Positions 37,639-46,557 of a stretch of 64,000 nucleotides of DNA are shown here, piece by piece. A model generated the notes under the pieces. The model had not been told where the DNA came from and ran no database searches. It saw only the letters and a program-made list of their open reading frames with translations. This DNA is from Bacteroidota bacterium (GTDB lineage: Bacteria > Bacteroidota > Bacteroidia > Chitinophagales > BACL12): positions 1,236,720 to 1,300,719 of the forward strand of contig JADJIS010000002.1 of NCBI GenBank assembly GCA_016706865.1, in the 5' to 3' direction. Position numbers and translations under genes: made by a program. How positions within the stretch are numbered: position 1 is the first letter of the stretch; each line of letters begins with the position of its first letter.

Positions 37639-39693
37639 ATGAAAATTTTTAACGTATCAAAACGTATGGCTATCGCAACGCTGAGTTTACTTTTAGCTTC
37701 AGCAACTGCTTTCGGTCAATACTGCACTCCAACCTATACCACAGGTACGGTTGAAGGTGATTATTGCGGTTACGTCGGTTTAGGAACTATTGATAATCCT
37801 ACAGATGGTGCTCCTGCTCCGTTTTACAGTGATTATACGTTTATGTCTACCGATGTTGCTTTGGGTTCATCTTATACAGTAACAGTTGGTTCAGGATCCT
37901 ATACCTCCAATAATGATATTGCAATTTGGATCGATTACAATCACGATGAAGATTTTTATGATGCAGATGAATTGGTAGGAACTGTGGTAGATCTTGGTGC
38001 TTTCGCAACAGGCACAGCAACATTCAGTATTCCTGTAACTGCAATTGGAGGACCAACAAGAATGCGCGTTCGTGAAATTTTTAATATGCCAACAACTCCA
38101 GATGCTTGTGCAAGTTACAGTTTTGGAGAAACTGAAGATTACAGCGTTAATATTATTGGTGGCGCCTTAAATGATGTTGGAGTAGTTGACATTACAAACC
38201 CTGTTTCTGGTGTTGATCTTGGTTTCGAAGATGTAATTGTAACCATTTACAACTACGGTTCAGAACCAGCTTCTGAATTCAATGTGTATTATCAGGTTGA
38301 TGGCGGAATAGTTACAGGTGGAGCATTCCTAGGAACTATTGAACCTTATAGCACTGCTTCTTACACTATGCCTGAAGGTTGGGATTTCAGTTTAGATGGA
38401 TGTTATGATATTGTATCATGGACAGAAATGGAAATTGATGAAAATACAGATAACGACAGTTATACTGAAACTGTTTGTAATCTTGGTCCAATAACAGGAA
38501 CAGGTGCAATGTATATCTATTCCAATAGTACCGGTGGTGAACCTTGGTTTCAGGTAACAAATACAACAGCAATGAATACTGTATTTGGTGCTGAAGGTAT
38601 TGGTTGGACACGCGATTATTATGAGACAGTAGATCCATTACTCGCTTTCTCACCGGATAATTGTTTTATTTTCTTAGAAGGTAGTGATACACATGCAGAT
38701 GAACTTGAAGCTTTCCTATCTGCAAATATTGGAACAATTGAAAGCTGGGTTACTTCAGGTGGTAAATTATTATTGAATTCAGCACCGAATGAAGGTGACG
38801 GAATGAGCTTTGGTTTTGATGGAACTTCCCTCATTTATGATGGTGGTGCTAGTGCAGTTACTGCGGCCGATGCTTCTCATCCAATTTTTAACGGACCAAT
38901 TCTTCCTGTTGGAACTGATTTTACCGGTGGTAACTTTAGCCATGCTCGTGTAGAAGGAACAGATATTACAAGTGTTATTATTGAAACGGGTACTACTGAC
39001 ATTACCTTAGGCGAAAAAGCATGGGGTGATGGTCTTGTTATGTTCGGAGGAATGACCACCAATAATTTCCATTCACCTATATTGGAAGCAGCCAACCTAA
39101 GAGCAAATATTCTAGCTTATTTAAGCTGTATAACATTTGCAGTTTGCGAAATTCCAGGCGGATTATATGCAGATGGAATTACAACTAACGATGCAGTTTT
39201 ACATTGGGATGCTGTTGACGGTGCCGATCAGTATCGCGTAACACTTCAAAATCTTGCAACAGGTTTGATCAAAACAAAAGGATTTTATACTAATATGGTA
39301 GAGATCACTGATAAATTAACTCCGTTAACTGAATACGGTTTCAGAGTTAAAACAGTTTGTTATGATGATCTTGGCGTAATTTCCGCTCCTTCACCATGGT
39401 ATTATTTTATGACTCTCGGTCGTATTGGCGAAAATGAAGATGCTTCAGTTATGTTATATCCAAATCCAAGCAATGGAGTATTTAATTTAAATGTAAATGG
39501 TTATGCAGATAATCAGTTTGAATTAAATGTATCTAACTCCATGGGTCAGATCGTTTATACAAAATCAATTACAGTTAATAATGCTGATTATAATGAGCAA
39601 ATAAACTTAATGAATGTTGCTCCTGGAATGTATCAGATTAGTTTAAAAAATAATGACCTTAATTTAAATTATTCAGTAGTGATCGTCGAATAA
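37639..39693 (+). CDS. T9SS cargo, modular: GEVED domain, CARDB-like, module B (uncharacterised), FN3-like (F1), T9SS CTD
   Basis: QYCTPTYTTGTVEGDYCGYVGLG...SFGETEDYSVNI (GEVED), VVDITNPVSGVDLG...VTIYNYGSEP (CARDB-like), YIYSNSTGGEPWF...ANILAYLSC (B), LYPNPSNGVFNL (CTD). Confidence 0.8.
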   Translation: MKIFNVSKRMAIATLSLLLASATAFGQYCTPTYTTGTVEGDYCGYVGLGTIDNPTDGAPAPFYSDYTFMSTDVALGSSYTVTVGSGSYTSNNDIAIWIDYNHDEDFYDADELVGTVVDLGAFATGTATFSIPVTAIGGPTRMRVREIFNMPTTPDACASYSFGETEDYSVNIIGGALNDVGVVDITNPVSGVDLGFEDVIVTIYNYGSEPASEFNVYYQVDGGIVTGGAFLGTIEPYSTASYTMPEGWDFSLDGCYDIVSWTEMEIDENTDNDSYTETVCNLGPITGTGAMYIYSNSTGGEPWFQVTNTTAMNTVFGAEGIGWTRDYYETVDPLLAFSPDNCFIFLEGSDTHADELEAFLSANIGTIESWVTSGGKLLLNSAPNEGDGMSFGFDGTSLIYDGGASAVTAADASHPIFNGPILPVGTDFTGGNFSHARVEGTDITSVIIETGTTDITLGEKAWGDGLVMFGGMTTNNFHSPILEAANLRANILAYLSCITFAVCEIPGGLYADGITTNDAVLHWDAVDGADQYRVTLQNLATGLIKTKGFYTNMVEITDKLTPLTEYGFRVKTVCYDDLGVISAPSPWYYFMTLGRIGENEDASVMLYPNPSNGVFNLNVNGYADNQFELNVSNSMGQIVYTKSITVNNADYNEQINLMNVAPGMYQISLKNNDLNLNYSVVIVE

Positions 39694-39731
39694 TTATTAT
39701 ATTAATACATTATTAAATTTATAAATAATAA

Positions 39732-39767
39732 AGAGGCTGTTCTTAATTGAGCAGCCTCTTTTTTTTA
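39732..39767 (+). terminator. Rho-independent terminator
   Basis: agaggctgttc-ttaatt-gagcagcctct (one G-U pair) followed by T8. Confidence 0.9.
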
Positions 39768-39995
39768 GGTAATAACTCATTATAAAATTCTTTTTAAATT
39801 AATTTACAACCATGTATTTTGACTGGATTGGAATACATTCTTAAATCATATAAGTTTATTTAACAATTAGTCATAATCACCTGCCTCTCAAGTAAATGGT
39901 TATAAGATGATTAAAATCACTGTCGCGAATAAAAATCTTAAAAAAGTAGGGTAAAGTCAAAAATAATGGTATCATTGTGACCTAAAACTTTAATC

Positions 39996-42188
39996 ATGAA
40001 ACTAATTATTACACAATCTATTACAATTACCCGAAAGATCACATTGTTTATCGCAATGGCTACTTTTGGATTAATTGCGCGTGGTCAATACTATGTGCAA
40101 TCTGACTGCGATTTTTCACCGATGGCAACTGCAGGAACTGCAATTTGTTTAGGAGACGATGAAATGAGTGGTGCTTTTCCAATTGGATTTACCTTTCCAT
40201 TTTATGGTTCTTTGTTTTCCGACTTTTATGTGAGTTCGAACGGCTATATGTCGTTTAGCGGCGGACTCGGAAATGCATGTTGCAGTGGTGCAATTTTGCC
40301 TACGGATCTTTATCCGAATTCCATTTTCTTCGGACAAGAAGACTTGGATCCTAACTTTTGTGTAGATGGTGATATTACCTACTATACAACAGGAGCAGTT
40401 GGGAGTCAGATCTTTGTTTTGTCATTTACAGATGTTCCGCATTATCCTGGACCTGAAGGAGTATTTCCTGTTACCGTTCAAATTCAATTATATGAAGGAA
40501 CTGGAGAGATAAGAATTGTTACCACACAAATGAATAGTGATGGTGGATTTCACACAATGGGTCTCAATCAAAACGGACTTGCATCTGATGTTGTTCCAGG
40601 AAGAAACAGCACCAGCTGGTCAGCATATGAGGAGTGTATCTCTTTCACAGTATTTGAACCTGCTGCAGCTGATGCTGGTGTAATTAATGTAACAAGTCCG
40701 GTTTCAGGTGTTGATCTAGGTTTAGAATCAGTAACTGTTACCGTTCAGAATTTTGGATTTGAAGCAATCTCCGAATTTCCTGTAAGTTATAATGTTGATG
40801 GTGGTGCAGTTATCACTGAAATTTATGGTGGAACTATAGCTCCTTTTTCCTCAGGCTCCTATACATTCAGCTCAATGCACGATTTCAGCATTGATGGATG
40901 TTACAATATTGTTTCCTGGACTAGTCTTGCAGATGATGGCGATGAAACAAATGATAGTTATTCTGAAACTGTTTGTAATCTTGGTCCTATAACAGGAACA
41001 GGTGCGATGTATATCTATTCCAATAGCACCGGTGGCGAACCTTGGTTTCAGGTAACAAATACTGAAGCTATGAATACTGTTTTTGGTGCTGAAGGTACTG
41101 GTTGGACACGCGATTATTTTGAGACTGTAGATCCATTACTTGCTTTCTCACCGGATAATTGTTTTATTTTCTTAGAAGGTAGTGATTCACATGCAATAGA
41201 ACTCGAAGCTTTCCTTGCTGCTAATATGGTAACTATTGAAGGTTGGGTTTCTTCAGGTGGTAAATTATTATTGAATTCCGCACCAAATGAAGGTGATGGT
41301 ATGAGCTTTGGTTTTGATGCAACATCCCTTATTTATGATGGTGGTGCAGGTGCAGTTACTGCAGCTGATGCTTCTCATCCTATTTTTAACGGACCATTAC
41401 TTCCTGTTGGATTGGATTTCACAGGTTCAAACTTTAGTCATGCACGTGTTGCAGGAACAGATATTACAAGTGTTATTATTGAAACAGGTTCCACTGATAT
41501 TACCTTAGGCGAAAAAGTATGGGGTGATGGTCTTGTTATGTTCGGAGGTATGACCACCAATAATTACCATTCACCTTTATTGGAAGCAGCTAACTTAAGA
41601 GCAAATATTCTTGCTTATTTAAGCTGTATAACATTTGCAGTTTGCGAAATTCCAGGCGGATTATATGCAGATGGAATTACAACTGACGATGCAGTTCTGC
41701 ATTGGGATGCTGTTGACGGTGCTGATCAGTATCGTGTAACTCTCCAAAATGTTGCAACCGGTCTTATTAAAACAAAAGGTTTCTATACCAATATGGTAGA
41801 GATCACAGATAAATTAACTCCATTAACCATGTATGGTTTCAGAGTTAAAACTGTTTGTTATGATGATCTTGGTGTTATTTCTGCGCCTTCTGAATGGTAT
41901 TATTTTACTACCCTTGGTCGTATTGGTGAAAATGAAACATCTGTTACCATGTTCCCAAATCCTTCCAATGGTGAGTTTGTACTTCAAATGAATGGTTTAG
42001 AAACCAGCACATTCGAATTGAATGTATACGATGCAATTGGAAATGTGGTTTATAATAAAACCATATCTGTTTCCGGTGCTGATTATTCTGAAACTATTTC
42101 ATTGAATAATGCAAGCGCAGGTATTTATCAGGTTAGTTTGGTTAATTCCACTGTTAAGCTGAATTATCCTATTGTGATTCAGAAGTAA
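39996..42188 (+). CDS. T9SS cargo, modular: module A, CARDB-like, module B, FN3-like (F1), T9SS CTD
   Basis: The N-terminus SDCDFSPMATAGTAICLGDDEMSGAFPIGF... is module A. VINVTSPVSGVDLG...VTVQNFG is CARDB-like. From ETVCNLGPITGTG onward the gene is near-identical to the previous gene. MFPNPSNGEFVLQ is the CTD. Confidence 0.8.
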   Translation: MKLIITQSITITRKITLFIAMATFGLIARGQYYVQSDCDFSPMATAGTAICLGDDEMSGAFPIGFTFPFYGSLFSDFYVSSNGYMSFSGGLGNACCSGAILPTDLYPNSIFFGQEDLDPNFCVDGDITYYTTGAVGSQIFVLSFTDVPHYPGPEGVFPVTVQIQLYEGTGEIRIVTTQMNSDGGFHTMGLNQNGLASDVVPGRNSTSWSAYEECISFTVFEPAAADAGVINVTSPVSGVDLGLESVTVTVQNFGFEAISEFPVSYNVDGGAVITEIYGGTIAPFSSGSYTFSSMHDFSIDGCYNIVSWTSLADDGDETNDSYSETVCNLGPITGTGAMYIYSNSTGGEPWFQVTNTEAMNTVFGAEGTGWTRDYFETVDPLLAFSPDNCFIFLEGSDSHAIELEAFLAANMVTIEGWVSSGGKLLLNSAPNEGDGMSFGFDATSLIYDGGAGAVTAADASHPIFNGPLLPVGLDFTGSNFSHARVAGTDITSVIIETGSTDITLGEKVWGDGLVMFGGMTTNNYHSPLLEAANLRANILAYLSCITFAVCEIPGGLYADGITTDDAVLHWDAVDGADQYRVTLQNVATGLIKTKGFYTNMVEITDKLTPLTMYGFRVKTVCYDDLGVISAPSEWYYFTTLGRIGENETSVTMFPNPSNGEFVLQMNGLETSTFELNVYDAIGNVVYNKTISVSGADYSETISLNNASAGIYQVSLVNSTVKLNYPIVIQK

Positions 42189-42214
42189 TTAATTTAATTT
42201 ATCTAATAAAAAAA

Positions 42215-42246
42215 ATGCCTTGTTTAATTACAAGGCATTTTTTTTT
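42215..42246 (+). terminator. Rho-independent terminator
   Basis: atgccttg-tttaatta-caaggcat followed by a T run. Confidence 0.85.
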
Positions 42247-42601
42247 ATGTATTAGACCCAACTTTTCTAGAAATTAATCAAATAAAAATTTATTTCTTCG
42301 ATAATATTTTTTTATTATTTAATCATTTTATATTCAAATAATAATTGACGATATTAAGTTGAATTATTTAATTAAGATCAGAATTTTTAATTGATTAACT
42401 ATGATCATAAAAAAGTATACCCTTATACATATATTTATTATTGTAATAAGAAGGTATAGTTTATAAGATGACTTAAGTTAATCCCGGACCTCAATTAATA
42501 ATCATATTAAATAGTTATTAATAAAATAAAGAAATATTAGGAATTTTGAAAAAGTAAATTGTATATTAGAGCATTAATTTCACACTTAATAAATTAGAAC
42601 T

Positions 42602-44335
42602 ATGAACAATTTACACTTTGCCAAACGTGCGACTCTCGGTTTGGCTTTTTTCGTTTTTACTGCTTTCTCAGCTTATGCTCAGTATTGTACGCCAACGTAT
42701 ACTACTGGTACCGTTGAAGGAGATTATTGCGGTTATGTTGGTTTGGGAGCAATTTCAAACACAACAGGAGGCGCTGCTTCTCCGTTTTATTCAGATTACA
42801 CCGGAATGAATGCAGATCTTACTGCAGGTACGATGTATACAATTACGCTTGGTTCCGGAAGTTATACTTCTAACAATGACCTTGCAGCATGGATCGATTA
42901 CAATCAGGATAATGATTTTTCTGATGTTGGTGAATTAATTGGAACCGTTGTTGACCTCGGTGCTTTTGCAACAGGTACAGCTGCGTTTACAGTTCCTTTA
43001 ACTGCTCTTAATGGCGCAACAAGATTACGTGTTCGCGAAATTTATGCAATGCCAACTACACCTGATGCATGCGCAAATTATTCATTTGGCGAAACAGAAG
43101 ATTACACTGTTACTATTTCCGGTGGCGGTGGTGGACCTGGCCCAACAGTTGGAAATTATTATATCTATTCCAACACTACTGGTGGTGAACCTTGGTTTCA
43201 AACAACAAACTCTACGGCTATGACCTCTGCATTTGGTGCTGAAGGTTCAGGTTGGACAAGAGATTATTTTGAAACTGTTGATGTTGCTACAGCATTTGGA
43301 CCAGACAATTGTTTTGTATTCATAGATGGTAGCGATTCACATGCACAAGAATGTGAAAATTTCTTAATTGCGAATATGGCTGCTATCGAAGCTTGGGTTT
43401 CTGCCGGCGGAAAATTATTATTGAACTCCGCACCTAACGAAGGTGACGGTATGAGTTTTGGATTTGGTGGAACTTCATTGGTTTATGATGGAGGTTCAGG
43501 ATCCGTTCAAGCTTTTGCTCCTGCACATCCAATTTTCAGCGGACCATTTACACCGGTAGGAACTGCATGGACAGGTTCAAACTTTAGTCATGCTCAGGTT
43601 ACCGGAACAGGTATTGCAACAATTATAAATGAAACAGGATTTGCCGACATTACATTAGGAGAAAAAGTTTGGGGTTCTGGTATCGTTATGTTTGGTGGAA
43701 TGACTACAAATAATTTCCATTCTCCATTAACTGAAGCAGCAAATTTAAGAGCAAACATTCTTGTTTATTTAAGTTGTTTAGAAGGATTATGCCCTGCACC
43801 AACCGATCTTATGGCTGATGCAATTACCGGTACTTCCGCTAACTTATCATGGGCTGCTTCCGATAATTCGGGTGGTTACCATCTTTCAGTTTATACACTC
43901 GACGAAGTACTTGTTGCAAAACAAAAAGTATTAGGCGGCGCAACCAACTGGAATGTTGGCGGTTTAACACCAGGTACTGATTATGCATTCCACGTACGTT
44001 CTATTTGTACAGTTCTTGGAACAAAATCTCCAATTTCTTATAACTATTATTTCTCAACTCCTGCTCGTTTAGGTGATGAAAATACTAGTGTAAGTTTATA
44101 TCCTAATCCAAGCAACGGACAATTTACATTAGCATTAAATGGTTATGAAAACAATAATGTTGAATTAAATATTTATAATTCAACAGGACAAATTGTTTAT
44201 GCATCTTCTATTAATGTAAACAGTGCTGATTATACTGAAATGATAAACCTCGGAACTATTGCTCCGGGTATGTATCAGGTTAGTTTAACAGGTAATTCAA
44301 ATACGAATAATTATTCAATTGTAATTACTGAATAA
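42602..44335 (+). CDS. T9SS cargo, modular: GEVED domain, Gly-rich linker, module B, FN3-like (F2), T9SS CTD
   Basis: QYCTPTYTTGTVEGDYCGYVGLG...SFGETEDYTVTISGGGGGPGP, then YYIYSNTTGGEPWF...ANILVYLSC. LSWAASDNSGGYHLSVY is FN3-like. LYPNPSNGQFTLAL is the CTD. Confidence 0.8.
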   Translation: MNNLHFAKRATLGLAFFVFTAFSAYAQYCTPTYTTGTVEGDYCGYVGLGAISNTTGGAASPFYSDYTGMNADLTAGTMYTITLGSGSYTSNNDLAAWIDYNQDNDFSDVGELIGTVVDLGAFATGTAAFTVPLTALNGATRLRVREIYAMPTTPDACANYSFGETEDYTVTISGGGGGPGPTVGNYYIYSNTTGGEPWFQTTNSTAMTSAFGAEGSGWTRDYFETVDVATAFGPDNCFVFIDGSDSHAQECENFLIANMAAIEAWVSAGGKLLLNSAPNEGDGMSFGFGGTSLVYDGGSGSVQAFAPAHPIFSGPFTPVGTAWTGSNFSHAQVTGTGIATIINETGFADITLGEKVWGSGIVMFGGMTTNNFHSPLTEAANLRANILVYLSCLEGLCPAPTDLMADAITGTSANLSWAASDNSGGYHLSVYTLDEVLVAKQKVLGGATNWNVGGLTPGTDYAFHVRSICTVLGTKSPISYNYYFSTPARLGDENTSVSLYPNPSNGQFTLALNGYENNNVELNIYNSTGQIVYASSINVNSADYTEMINLGTIAPGMYQVSLTGNSNTNNYSIVITE

Positions 44336-44360
44336 TTATTTTTTTAATACATATTTATAA

Positions 44361-44391
44361 GCTGCTTCCATTTGGAAGCAGCTTTTTTTTT
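44361..44391 (+). terminator. Rho-independent terminator
   Basis: gctgcttcc-attt-ggaagcagc followed by T9. Confidence 0.9.
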
Positions 44392-44575
44392 ATCATTTTA
44401 TATATTAAAAATTAAATTATTTATTAAATTAAATTATCATATTTAATTTATTTATAATCATAAATAAAATCAAAAAGTAACATATTAATTTTTAATATAT
44501 ACGCTTATAAAATATTTGAAAAATTATTTGTTTTATAGAATTATAAATTGTAGACTTGTTGCCTAAATAACTAAT

Positions 44576-46441
44576 ATGAGAAAACTAAACACAAAAATCC
44601 TGTCGCTCACAACGACAGCACTGATCGCTATTGCGATCTTTTCCTCCACGCTTCTGGCGCAGTCCTACGTGCAGTCCACCTGCGACTACGCGCCAATGGC
44701 TACAACAGGCACCGCGATTTGCCTGGCCGATGACGCAGTTAGCGCAGCAATTCCATTAGGATTCAGCTTCAGTTTTTATGATGTTGCTTATTCTAATTGT
44801 TATGTAAGCTCTAACGGCTATTTATCATTTAACACTGGCCTTGGCACTGGATGTTGCACAGGGGCTATTCTTCCTTCCGGGACTTATCCGAATTCCATTT
44901 TTTTCGGACAAGAAGACCTTGATCCAAACAGCTGTATAGATGGTGATATCACCTATTATACAACAGGTGCAGCAGGAAGTATGATCTTCGTTTTAAGTTT
45001 TGTTGCTGTTCCACATTATCCCGGTCCGGAAGGTACATTCCCTGTATCAGTACAGGTGCAATTACACGAAGGTACAAATGAGGTAAAAATCGTTACTACC
45101 GAATATAACGGTGATGGTGGATTGTCAACAATGGGCCTAAATCAAAACGCTACAAATGCCGATGTCGTTACCGGCAGAAATAGTGCAGCATGGTCAGCCT
45201 TCAACGAATGTATTTCGTTTATGCCAATGGTTGTTGAAACTTATGGATGTACAGATCCAGCAGCTGTTAATTATGATCCGGCTGCAGATATTGATGATGG
45301 ATCTTGTTTTTATGGTTATGATTATGCAACCTGCGATTACGCTCCTATGGCCACAGAAGGAACAGCAGTTTGTTTGGCTGATGATGCAGTAAGTGCAGCA
45401 ATTCCAATTGGATTTGATTTTCCATTTTATGGCGTTGATCATTCTTCTGCTTATATAGGATCCAATGGTTTTGTATCCTTTAATTCAGGTTTAGGTTCAG
45501 CTTGTTGCACTGGTCAAATTTTACCAAATGCATTTTACCCAAATACAATATTTTTAGGACAGGAAGATTTTGATCCAAATACATGTATTGACGGTGATAT
45601 TACTTATTATACAACAGGTGCTCCAGGTAGCCAGGTTTTTGTTGTGAGTTTTGTAAACGTTCCACATTATCCAGGTCCGGAAGGTACATTCCCTGTTTCT
45701 GTACAATTACAATTACATGAATCAACTGGCGAAATAAAAATTGTAGTTACAGAAATTAATGGAGATGGTGGAGCTGCAACAATGGGATTAAATTTAGACG
45801 GAACTGTTGCCAATTGGGTAGAAGGCAGAAACTCTGAAGTTTGGAGCGCATTCTCTGAATGTCATTCATGGATGCCTGCCGCTGGTATGGATGAATGTCC
45901 TAGTCCCGCCGGTTTAGCTGCCGATGATATAACAGGAACTTCTGCTAATTTAAGTTGGGAAGCTTCGTTAAATTCAGAAGGTTATCATCTGTCTGTTTAT
46001 ACAACAACAGGAGATTTGGTAATGAAGAAAAAAGTTTTAGGTGGTGCAACAAACTGGATGGTTACAGGTTTAACTCCTGGCACTGATTATGCCTTCCACG
46101 TACGTTCGGTATGTGTTGCCCTGGGCGATAATTCACCGATTTCGTATAACTATTATTTCTCTACACCTGCACGTTTAGGAGTTGAAGAAACAAAAGTTAC
46201 TTTATTCCCAAATCCTAATACAGGACAATTTACACTTGCATTAAATGGGTATGAAATTGGAAATGTAGAATTAAATATCTCTAATTCAACAGGACAAATT
46301 GTATACAGCTCTTCAATTAATGTTACAGGTGCTAATTATACTGAAATGATCGACCTTGGTGCTATTGCTCCGGGAATGTATCAGGTAAGTTTGGCCGGCA
46401 ATTCAAATGTTGTTAACTACAGCGTTGTTATTACCGAATAA
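44576..46441 (+). CDS. T9SS cargo, modular: module A, DDGSC linker, module A', FN3-like (F2), T9SS CTD
   Basis: STCDYAPMATTGTAICLADDAVSAAIPLGF... and ATCDYAPMATEGTAVCLADDAVSAAIPIGF.... The linker is CTDPAAVNYDPAADIDDGSCFYG. The F2 and CTD tail closely resembles that of the 42602 gene. Confidence 0.8.
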   Translation: MRKLNTKILSLTTTALIAIAIFSSTLLAQSYVQSTCDYAPMATTGTAICLADDAVSAAIPLGFSFSFYDVAYSNCYVSSNGYLSFNTGLGTGCCTGAILPSGTYPNSIFFGQEDLDPNSCIDGDITYYTTGAAGSMIFVLSFVAVPHYPGPEGTFPVSVQVQLHEGTNEVKIVTTEYNGDGGLSTMGLNQNATNADVVTGRNSAAWSAFNECISFMPMVVETYGCTDPAAVNYDPAADIDDGSCFYGYDYATCDYAPMATEGTAVCLADDAVSAAIPIGFDFPFYGVDHSSAYIGSNGFVSFNSGLGSACCTGQILPNAFYPNTIFLGQEDFDPNTCIDGDITYYTTGAPGSQVFVVSFVNVPHYPGPEGTFPVSVQLQLHESTGEIKIVVTEINGDGGAATMGLNLDGTVANWVEGRNSEVWSAFSECHSWMPAAGMDECPSPAGLAADDITGTSANLSWEASLNSEGYHLSVYTTTGDLVMKKKVLGGATNWMVTGLTPGTDYAFHVRSVCVALGDNSPISYNYYFSTPARLGVEETKVTLFPNPNTGQFTLALNGYEIGNVELNISNSTGQIVYSSSINVTGANYTEMIDLGAIAPGMYQVSLAGNSNVVNYSVVITE

Positions 46442-46464
46442 TTTATTAATTAAACATTTAAAAA

Positions 46465-46496
46465 AGCTGTTTCTTAAAAGAAACAGCTTTTTTTTT
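46465..46496 (+). terminator. Rho-independent terminator
   Basis: agctgtttct-taaa-agaaacagct followed by a T run. Confidence 0.9.
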
Positions 46497-46557
46497 GCCA
46501 ATTAAAATTTTATACTTATTTTTATAAACTATAATTTTCACATTTTAAAATCATTTT

